The notes beneath the pieces are model-generated. The model saw only the letters and a list, made by a program, of their open reading frames with translations. It was not told the DNA's origin and made no database searches. The translations under genes were made by a program, and so were the position numbers. From assembly GCF_009914755.1 (NCBI RefSeq), contig NC_060925.1: a DNA stretch of 64,000 bases, one strand, 5' to 3'. This DNA is from the human T2T-CHM13v2.0 reference genome, Homo sapiens. Shown in pieces: positions 43,874 through 54,500 of the stretch (positions within the stretch are counted from its first letter, which is position 1; every line of letters starts with the position of its first letter).

Positions 43874-44167
43874 TTTTTTTTTTTTTTTTCTTTTTTTGAG
43901 ACAGTCTCACTCTGTTGCCCAGGCTGCAGGCTGGAATGCAATGGTGTGATCTCGGCTCACTGTGTTCAAGCAAGTCGCCTGCCTCAGCCTCCCGAGTAGC
44001 TGGGATTGCAGGTGCCCACCAACATGCCTCGCTCATTTTTGTATTTTTAGTAGAAACAGGGTTTCACCATGTTGACCAGGCTGGTCTCAAACTCCTGACC
44101 CCTGGTGATCCACCCACCTTGGCCTCCCAAAGTGCTGGGATTTAGGCGCGAGCCACGGCGCCCAGCC
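43874..44167 (-). mobile_element. AluS with small internal duplication and deletion
   Basis: caggctgcaggctg duplication; gctcactg|tgttcaag deletion; flanked by ctggcc. Confidence 0.93.
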
Positions 44168-44379
44168 CTGGCCCTATTTAAATACAGCATCTTGCATATT
44201 CTGCATCTAACTCAGAAATGAAGAAAACACACAATAAAGCTAAAAATTCCATTGTTACATTCATGACCTCAAATCTTAAATGGACATTCAACACTGGTGG
44301 GCATTGCACTACACTTTTCTGGTATATTTGTTCCCCTACTATCCAAATTACTATTTCACACATTTTTCTTCCTTCTCAA

Positions 44380-45780
44380 ATATATGACACTCCTGACTAT
44401 CCCTCTCAGTATTTGCTAATGACCTCATACCTCATTAAGCAAGGAGAAAGAATGCAATGGGAACGCCCTCATTTTTCTACCATTAAATATATCTTTCCTA
44501 CTAGTAAATTCTACCTTTCCTCCTCCTCTCCCAATAGATGAGGTATTCCTGCTCATAGATGATTGTCCCCTTGTGCTCTGGATCCCCTATGACTTTTTCA
44601 AGGACTTGATGTATATAATTACCGCCTATCTGTCAATTGGATTATTATACCTAATGGAAGAATGGATGGATAAATAGTTGAATGGATGGATGGATGGATG
44701 AATGAATGAATGGAGAAAGAGATGTTCCCTTGTTCACACCTCCTTTGCAGCTACAACCTAATTTCTCTGCTTCCTTTCCAAGAGAAACATCCAAAGTGAT
44801 GTCTAAAGTCATACTCTCCATTTTCTCACTTCCTATTCTCTCCTCAATTTGATCTAACTGGACTTTGTCCCCACCATTCCACAGAAACTGTTCTAAGCAA
44901 GATCATCAACAATCTCCATCGTGTCCAATCCAATGTCACTTCTCCGCCCTTAAGCCCTCAGCAGCACACAGCTACTATAATACTCCCTTCCCTTTGAAGA
45001 ATTTTCTTCTTTTGTAGCATCACATTGTTCTGGTGTTCTTGCCTAACTAATTGCTCTTTGTGAGTTCATTCTTCACATCTTTAGATACAACCTTTATATT
45101 CATTCTCAAAAATCTATATTTACAGCTCCAGCCTCTCCCTTGAATTCTCTGTCTAAAAATGGCATTCATTTCTATTTTAATATGTCCAAAACAGAATTGT
45201 TGCTTCCCTGCCATATATGTTCTTCCACCATCTTCCCTTCATCAGCAAATGACACAATAGCTTACCCAGTTGCTCAAGCTGGAAACCTAATGGTTACCTT
45301 TTTTCTCACACCCCAAATTAATCTCATCAGCAGCCCCAAAATATATCCTAGATCTAACCATTTCTTTCCATTCTTTATCATGGTAGTCTAAGCCATTATC
45401 ATCTTTACCTTGGGCTGCTGAAATTTCCTTCTGTTTGCCCATCCATCATTCTTTTACCAAAAATTCTATATTCTACACAAAAGCAAGAATCAGTTTGCTT
45501 TCGTGTAGAATATAGAACTTCATAAGCAAGCTGACTTGCTTACAAAATGCAAATTAGATCATGTTGCTTCCCTGGTGAACATCCTCCCATTACTTTCCAT
45601 TATAACTAGAATAAAATCCACAACCTTTACCATTGCCTAGAAGCCCTGCACTATCTGGCTCATCCCCACCTCTGTGATCTCATCTCCTTCTGCTCTAACC
45701 ATTGCTCAACGCATTTTAGCAATATTGACCTTCTTTTTCTTTCCTGGATATCACCAGGACCCTTTTCCTTAGAGGGAGTT
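44380..45780 (+). mobile_element. L2 with embedded (GGAT/GAAT)n at ~44660-44715
   Basis: ccccaccattccacagaaactgttct...atgtccaaaacagaa...cccagttgctcaagctggaaacct...tagaataaaatcca. Confidence 0.8.
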
Positions 45781-46475
45781 TACATCCCAGTTTCCCTGAG
45801 TGGTCCAGGTTTTTGCCTGTTGTTCTGATGTCCTATTCACTTTTGCATTTGCACTTGAGCATTTGTCTCAGACTCATCTTTTGTTTTAAAACTAAGGCTT
45901 ATTAATTGTTGCATTAAAATAAGCCAAAATGGGTTTGGTAGATCTTCCCTTTGTACTTCCAGTGGCTACCCTGCTGTTGTCTAATAGTGTGTGAAACATG
46001 TGCAGCAAACTGAGTTCTCACTCTAACAAATTGACTAAATCTGAAAGGTGACTATCAATAAGCATTCTCTTTTTTCAGATGCTTTCAAAGGAAAAGTAAC
46101 AATCAAGTTGGACTCTTCCTAAAGTAATGCACTGGGACAGAAGAGGGTAGGAAGAGCCAAGTGTTCCAGGTCTCTGAGGGTGGTCAGAGATGTAGTAAAT
46201 TTCTTTACCTCTGGTATACTAGCCAGTGGGGCAAGATGTTGGAAAATATCCTGTGGATTACTGGGCTTACCTTGTCTGAATGTTGGAGTCTCCTTTAGCA
46301 GTGCTTTTAGGGTGAGATTGTGTTCCTGTTTGTAGAAATCTAGTAAGAAACATCTGGTTCTATCACAGACTGTGGCTAATGACTTTCTACCCTGATGCAG
46401 CCCTCTGAGGAACTACTGTGTGGATTGGCCACAGTCTCAGTGAAAGGACATTTGCTCTGGTCTGCCCAGACTCAC

Positions 46476-46559
46476 CTAGGTTTCAGATGTAACACCAAGA
46501 GCAGCAACATTTGCAATAGCAACTCAGAATGATGCCATTCAGCCAATTCTCTCAATTTT
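46476..46559 (-). other. Candidate non-coding exon
   Basis: Minus strand: tttctatctccag|AAAATT ... CCTAG|gtgagt; 84 nt; a second donor AAG|gtaagc lies at 46271. Confidence 0.35.
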
Positions 46560-47974
46560 CTGGAGATAGAAACTTGGGACAGTCTCATTAGACTAAGTAG
46601 ATAACCCTGGGGGTCCAAAGGGATATCTGGTGATGGGGGAAAAAAGGAAAAAAAACAGGCTGCTGCAGATTGTGAGATAGAGATGGAGTCATATTCATTT
46701 TATATAAAATAATATAAGCATTTTTTTCTGAACTCTAGTCTGAGTCATTTCACTGATATTCAGATCTCCAAAACACATAATAAATCTGAACACATTCAAT
46801 GCTAGTGAGAGAATTTCTACAAAGCACTCGATGCCCAGTAGATGCTGAGTAAACAGTAGCCAATTTCACTGAGTACCTAAGTGGTACCCAGTATAAAGAA
46901 AGTCCTAGAAGTTCACAAGAAGTTACAGACCCTGTTTCGTGCACTCTTGAAGTTGACATTCCACTTTGATTGTAACTTAAATACATATACATGTGAATAG
47001 CAACAAAAGCTGGAATGTGATTAAGTCTAAAAGTAAATATTCCAATAATAAATGCTGCAGGAATTAGAGAAAAAAAGGCATTATTTTGAGCTGGGTAATA
47101 CCTTTTTTTATAAAAATTATTGAGCTCGTGATTGCAATAAGCTATACAAATCTCAATCATCAAAAAATTAATGTTAACAACATGTCTAAAAATAAGTATG
47201 TAAGCACTAAGAAGTTTAATGTCATCATCTATTCTTCTTTTCCTCTTAAGAATAAATAATTTACTGTTAGAAGTTCAATTAAAGAACATGCTGAGAAAGA
47301 GTAGGACCTTAGAAAAAAATAAGATGGCCATTCACTGAGGCCCACATTTATACGTACCTCAGAAAATTGCTCACTATCTGGGGTCGCTGGCACACATACC
47401 ATGTAGGACCAGAAACTGGATCTCACCAATGTCTCAGAGTGATAAAACTCAGGAATGCTAAGTTATGCAAAACAAACCCATATGAAACGAATGCTAATGG
47501 ATTACTTCACACAGATAAATGTAATTGTCAGTCGAATAGGGGCATTGGCCTAAATAGTACAGTCTTTTTTTGGACACATGCTTCATGGAAACAAAATTTT
47601 CAAAGAAGCTTGGTAAACCTAGGCTCAGAATGGGAAGCAGGTGCAGTTAATTTTATTATTTGGATGTTTGATAATAGCAGGTCTAATGGACTTATGGGTC
47701 CATCTCCTTAATAAGGAAGAAGACACGAAATAATGCCATAACTCATGTTGAACTCCTAGAATGTAGTATGGCTCACAGTAAGCATTCAATAAATATTTGT
47801 TGAAGGAATGAAAGTTCCCCTGAACACTGCTTGGATAGGTATTGCCAAAGTTTATCTTTTTAAAAAATTCTAATTTCCATTATTCTAATCAGGACATTTT
47901 TCATGATATATTAATACCTTCAATCCCTTATAGTCAAGACTCACTAATTTCAAAGCCAGTTGGTCTTTTTAAAG

Positions 47975-48355
47975 CAAAGTTTCTCAAACTTAGCACTATT
48001 GACATTTTCTACTAGATAATTTTTTGTTATGGCAGGCTGTCTTGTGCCTTGTAGAATGTTTAACTGCATCACTGGCCTCTATGCCCCAATGCCAGTAGCA
48101 CATACATACCCTCTCCTGTGTCTCCTGTTAACATTTACCTTTGAAATGCATGATTGTATTTTGTTTCATGGTTTTGACATAGTTCACTTCAATAAGACTA
48201 AATGAAAATAGGATTGGCTTGGGGTGGGGTAGGGTAGAATAGAAGGAGGAATTTGAGAAGGAAAAACGAGTAAGAACATGTAAGTCAATCAAAAATATCT
48301 CCAGGCATTGCCTAATATCTTCTAGGGGCAAAATCCGGCTTGTTGAGAACCAGTT
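47975..48355 (-). mobile_element. MER20 (hAT-Charlie) with ~165-bp internal insertion
   Basis: First part gcactattgacattt...tgccagtagca (47975-~48115); second part aaaaatatctccaggcattgcc...gttgagaaccagt (~48280-48355); 8-bp TSD ttttaaag / ctttaaag. Confidence 0.9.
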
Positions 48356-49305
48356 CTTTAAAGTGACATCTCTGCTCTGATCTTTCAAGTACTAATTTCA
48401 GAACTTAACCATCAAAGACAAAGTCCATGAGTTACTACAGTCATCACCGTTGTTTCTCCCAAGCTCCACTTTAACCCTTATTGTCAATGTCACCAGACCA
48501 TTATATAGATGCCATATTACCAGTAGTAGTCTCAAGGGAAAGAGAACATAAAACAATTAGGAAAAAATGTAAGTTCCTCACTTCCACTCACCCCCACTCA
48601 AATACCACCAAGAGTCCTTGGAGATACAGTGAAGGCAGGTAGTTATTTTGTGAGTGTGTCTTACCAGCACACTTGGTGAGCTTTCATCCAGTGGATAAGT
48701 AGCAGCAAAGGAAAGCAAGCAGAAATCAAATTTCAAAAAGAAGCAACATAAAGAATTTTGACTATATGGCCATTCCTTCATAACAAAGATTGATATGATC
48801 AATAAGTTTTCTTTAACACCCATCATGCTTCTCTTACATCACACTGTTCTCCCCCAAACCTCTTTTCCCATTTAGCCTTTTTTTTTTTTTTTGAAACAGA
48901 GTTTTGCTCTTTTGCCCAAGCTGGAGTGCAGTGGCCTGAACTCGGCTTACTGTGGCATCTGCTTCCCCATTCAAGCAATTCTTATGCCTCAGCCTCCCGA
49001 GTAGCTGGGATTACAGACATGCGTCACCATGCCCAGCTAATTTTTTCTATTTTTAGTAGAGATGGGGTTTCACTACGTTGGTCAGTCTTCTCTTGAACTC
49101 CTGACCTCAAGTGATCTGCCCACCTCGGCCTCCCAAAGTGCTAGGCTTCCAGGCGTGAGCCACCATGCCTGGCCCGTTTAGTCTTTTTGGTCTTATTGCA
49201 GTGAACTACATTTCTTTTCCTTTAGTCTTATTGCAGTGAACTATGTCAAACCCATGAAACAAAACACAATCATGCATTGCAAAGGTAAATGTTAACAGGA
49301 AACAC
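48118..49305. repeat. 91-bp inverted repeat pair (48118-48208 and 49215-49305)
   Basis: 85/91 identity, ungapped, by manual alignment of the reverse complement. Confidence 0.95.
48878..49174 (-). mobile_element. AluS (Sx/Sz-like)
   Basis: Full dimer; TSD catttagcctttt / cgtttagtctttt. Confidence 0.95.
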
Positions 49306-49793
49306 TGTGCATTTTTCATAGAATTGGTCCTTCTGCCTGAGTCTTTGAGCTGCTTTCTAACTGTGAAAGTATTTAGAAACTCTTATCTGACATTGCAACT
49401 TTTATGATCATAAATTCATTTATTTCTTATTTTTGTTTTTTATTTTTCCGTAAGTTACTGGGGTACAGATGGTATTTGGTGACATGAGTAAGTTCTCTAG
49501 TGGTGATTTGTGAGATTTTGGTGCACCCATCACCCAAGCAGTATACACTGAACCATATATGTTGTCTTTTATCCCTCCCTCCCTCCCACCCTTCTCCCCA
49601 AGTCCCCAAAGTCCATCGTATCATTCTTAGGCCTTTGCATCCTCATAATTTAGCTCCCATATATCAGTAAGAACATACAATGTTTGGGTTTCCATTCCTG
49701 AGTTACTTCACTTAAAATAATAGTCTCCAATCTCACCCAGGTCGCTGCAAATGCCATTAATTCATTCCTTTTTATTGCTGAATAGTATTCCAT

Positions 49794-49796
<3 letters not shown>

Positions 49797-49844
<48 letters not shown>

Positions 49845-50067
49845 AAGTGGATAAAGAAACTGTGGTGTATATATATATGTGTGTGTATATATATATGTAT
49901 ATGTGTATATATATGTGTGTGTGTATATGTATATATGTGTATATATATACATATGTATATGTGTATATATATACATATGTATATGTGTATATATGTATAT
50001 ACATATATATACACATATATATATCAACAAGTGGATAAACTGTGGTGTGTATATATATGTGTGTGTG

Positions 50068-50115
<48 letters not shown>
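49797..50115. repeat. (AT)n/(GT)n/(ATAC)n complex microsatellite with inverted L1 inserts
   Basis: ~22 pure AT units followed by mixed RY repeats. Confidence 0.95.
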
Positions 50116-51487
50116 CCACAGTTTCTTTATCCACTTGTTGATTGATGGGCATTTGGGTTGGTTCCACAATTTTGCAATTGTAAATTGTGCTGCTATAAAC
50201 ATGCGTGTGCAAGTATCTTTTTCAGAAAATGACTTCTTTTCCTCTGGGTAGATACCCAGTAGTGGGATTGCTAGATCAAACAGCAGTTCTCCTTGTAGGT
50301 CTTTAAGGAGTCTCCACACTGTTTTTCATAGTGGTTGTACTAGTTTACATTCCCACCAGCAGTATAGCATTCCCTGATGATCGCATCCACATCAACATCT
50401 ACTGTTTTTTGATTTTTTGATCATGGCCATTCTTGTAGGAGTTAGGTGGTATCGCATCGTGGTTTTGATTTGCATTTCCCTGATCATTAGAGTTGTTGCG
50501 CATTTTTTCATATGTTTCTTGGCCATTTGTATGTCTTCTTTTGAGAATTGTCTATTCATGTCCTTAGCCCACTTTTTGATGGGATTGATTGTTTTTTTCC
50601 TTACTGATTTGTTTGCGTTTGTTGGGGATTCTGAATATTAGTCCTTTGTCAGATGTATAGATTGTGCAGATTTTCTCCCACTCTGTGGGCTGTCTGTTTA
50701 CTCTGCAGGCTGTTCCTTGTGCGGTGCAAAAACTCTTTAGTTTAATTAAGTCCCAGCTATTTATCTTTGTTTTTATTGTATTTGCTTTTGGGTTCTTGGT
50801 CATGAAATCCTTGCCTAAGCCAATGTCTAGAAGGGTTTTTCCAACGTTTTCTTCTAGAATTTTTAATAGTTTCAGGTCTTAGCTTTAAGTCCTTAATCCA
50901 TCTTGAGTTAAGATTTGTATAAGATGAGAGATGAGGATCCAGTTTCATTCTCCTACATGTGGCTAGCCAATTATCCCAGCCCCATTTGTTGAATAGGGTG
51001 TCCTTTCCCCACTTTATGTTTTTGTTTGCCTTGTCAAAGATCAGTTGGCTTAAGTATTTGGGCTTATTTCTGGGTTCTCTATTCTGTTCCATTGGTCTAT
51101 GTGCCTATTTTTATACCAGTACCATGCTGTTTTGGTGACTATGGCTTTATAGTATAGTTTGAAATCCAGTAGTGTGATGCTCCAGATTTGTTCTTTTTGC
51201 TTAGTCTTGCTTTGGCTATGTGGACTCTTTTTTGGTTCCATAGGGATTTTAGGATTGTTTTTTCTAATTCTGTGAATAATGATGGTGGTATTTTGATGGG
51301 GATTGCATTAAAATGAATTTGTAGATTGCTTTTGGCAGTATAGTCATTTTCACAAGATTGATTCTATCCATCCATGAGCATGGGATATGTTTCTATTTGT
51401 TTGTGTCATCTATGATTTCTTTCAGCAGTGTTTTGTAGTTTTTCTTGTAGAGGTCTTTTACCTCCTTGGTTAGGTATATCTCTAAGT

Positions 51488-51556
51488 ATTTTATTTTATT
51501 TTATTTTATTTTATTTTATTTTATTTTATTTTATTTTATTTTATTTTATTTTATTT
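51488..51556. repeat. (TTTTA)n pentanucleotide repeat inside L1 ORF2
   Basis: About 13-14 perfect tttta units. Confidence 0.95.
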
Positions 51557-54500
51557 TGCAGCTATTGTAAAAGGGGTTGAGTTCTTGATTTGATTCTCTG
51601 CTTGGTTGCTGTTGGTGTATAGAAGAGCTACTGGTTCATATACATTAATTTTGTATCTGGAAACTTTGCTGAATTCTTTTATCAGTTCTAGGAGCTTTTG
51701 GAGGAGTCTTTAGGGTTTTCTAGTATACAATCATATCATCAGCAAACAGTAACAGTTTGACTTCCTTTTTACTGATTTGGATGCCGTTTATTTCTTTCTC
51801 TTGTCTGATTGCTCTGACTAGGACTTGCAGTACAATGTTGAAGAGGAGTGGTGAGAGTAGGCATCCTTGTCTTGTTCCAGTTCTCAGAGGGAATCTTTCA
51901 ACTTTTCCCCATTCAATATTATGTTGGCTGTGGGTTTGTCATAGATGGCTTTTATTACATTGAGGTATGTCCCTTGTATGCTGATTTTGCTGAGAGTTTT
52001 AATCATAAAGCGATGCTGGATTTTGTCAAATGCTTCTTCTGCATCTATTGAGATGATCATGTGAGTCTTGTTTTTAATTCTGTTTATGTGGTGTATCACA
52101 TTTATTGACTTTCAAATGTTAAGCTATCCCTGCATCCCTGATATAAAACCCACTTGATCATGGTGGATTGTCTTTTTGATATGTTGTTGGATTCACTTAA
52201 CTAGTATTTTGTTAAGGATTTTGGAATCTAAGTTCATCAAGGATATTGGTCTGTAGTTTTCTATTTTGGTTATGTCTTTCCCTGGTTTTGATATTAGGGT
52301 GATGCCGGCTTCATAGAATGAGTTAGGGATGGTTCCTCCTATCTCTATCTTGTGGAATAGTGTCAAAAGGATTGGTACTAATTCTTCTTTGAATGTCTGG
52401 TAGAATTCTGCTGTGAATCCATCTAACCCTGGACTTCTTTTGTTGGTAAATTTTAAATTACATTTTAAATTACATTTCAATCTCACTGCTTGTTATTGGT
52501 CTGTTCAGGGTATCTAATTCTTCCTGATTTAAGCTAGGAGGGTTGTATTTTTTCAGGAATTTATCCATCTCTTCGAGGTTTACTAGTTTATCTGCATAAA
52601 CATGTTCATAGTAGCCTTGAATGATCTTTTGTATTTCAGTGGTGCCAGTTGTAATATCTCTTGTTTCATTTCTTAATGAGGTTATTTGAATTTTCTCTCT
52701 TCTTTTCTTGGTTAATCTTGCTAAGGGTCTATTAATTTTCTCTTTTCAAAGAACCAGCTTTTTGTTTCATTTCTCTTTTGTATTTTTTTGTTGTTGTTGT
52801 TTCCATTTCATTTAGTTCTGCTCTGATCTTGGTTATCTCCTTTATTCTGCTGGGTTTGGGTTTGGTTTGTTGTTTCCCTAGTTCCTTGAGGTGTGACCTT
52901 AGAATGTCAGTTTGTGCTCTTTCAGTCTTTTTGATGTAGGTCTTTAGGGCTAACTTTCCTCTTAGCACCACCTTTACTGTATCCTAGAGGTTTTGATACA
53001 TTGTGTCATTATTGTCGTTCAGTTTGGAGAATTTTTAAATTTCCATCTTGATTTTGTTTTTGACCCAAGGATCATTCAGGAGCAGATTATTTAATGTCCA
53101 TGTATTTGCATGGTTTTGAAGGTTCTTTTTGGAGTTGGTTGCCAGTTTTATTTCACTGTGGTCTGAGAAAGTGCTTGATATAATTTCAATTTTCTTAAAT
53201 TTATTGGGGCTCATTTTATGGCCTATCATATGGTCTATCTAGGAGAAAGTTCCATGTGCTGTTGAATAGAATGTGTATTCTGCAGTTGTTGGATGAAATG
53301 TTCTGTATATATGTGTAAAGTTCATTCGTTTAAATCCATTGTTTCTTTGTTGGCTTTCAGACTTGACAACCCGTCTAGTGGAGCACTTAGGCTCCAATGT
53401 TAGTATTGAGATGTGAGGTACCGTTGCATTCATCGTGCTATCTATTGCCTGTGTACTTTGGTTTTTCTGTATTTTGTTTTTGCTTTTTAACATGTTTTTG
53501 TTTTATAGGTCCTGTGTAATTTATGCTTTAAAGAGGTTCTGTATTAATGTGTTTCCAAGATTTGTTTCAAGATTTAGAGCTCCTTACCAGTTCTTATAGT
53601 GGTGGCTCGGTAGTGGCAAATTATCTCAGCATTTGTTTGTCTGAAAAAGACTGTATCTTTCCTTCACATATGTTGCTTAGTTTTGCTGGATACAAAATTT
53701 TTGGCTAATAATTGTTTTGTTTGAGGAAGCTGAAGATAGAGCCCCAATCCCTTCTAGCTTGGAGGGTTTCTGCTGAGAAATCTGCCGTTAATCTGATAGG
53801 TTTTCCTTTATAGGTTGCCTGGTGTTTATGTCTCACAGCTCTGAAGATTCTCTCCTTCATCTTAACTTTAGATAACCTGATGACAATGTGCCTAGGTGAT
53901 GATCTTTTTGCAATGAATTTCCCAGTTGTTGTTTGTGCTGCTTGTATTTGGATGTCTAGGTCTCTAGCAAGGCTGGGGAAGTTTTATTTGATTATTACCC
54001 CAAATATGTTTTCCAAACTTTTAGATTTATCTTCTTCCTCAGAAACACCGATTATTCTTAGGTTTGATCATTTAACATAATCCCAGACTTCTTGGAGGCT
54101 TTGTTCATATTTTCTTATTCTTTTTTCTTTGTCTTTGTTGGATTGGGTTAATTCAAAGACCTTGCCTTCAAGCTCTGAATTTATTTCTTCTATTGTTCAA
54201 GTCTATTGCTGAGACTTTCCAGGGCATTTTGCATTTCTATAAGTGTGTTCAGTGTATCCTGAAGTTTTGGTTGTTTTATTATTTAACCTATCTATTTCCT
54301 TGAATATTTCTTGTATCATATTTTGGATTTCCTTACATTGTGCTTCACCTTTCTCTGGTACCTCCCTGATTAGCTTAATAACTAACCTCCTGAATTATTT
54401 TTCAGGTAAATCAGGGATTTCTTCTTGGTTTGGATCCATTGCTGGCGAACTAGTTTGATTTTGTGGGGGTGTGGGGGTGTTAAAGAGCCTTGTTCTATTA

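Noticed and set aside
46750-47711. 137-aa and 114-aa ORFs in unique sequence
   Set aside because: No recognisable domain, AT-rich composition and no supporting splice or promoter context; consistent with chance
48118-49305. Novel DNA transposon bounded by 91-bp TIRs
   Set aside because: The second half of MER20 lies between the arms and there is no TSD, which is inconsistent with a single inserted element
49650-50319. Many overlapping ORFs up to 185 aa rich in Y/I/H/T/C/V
   Set aside because: Stop-free dinucleotide microsatellite plus L1 ORF2 tail
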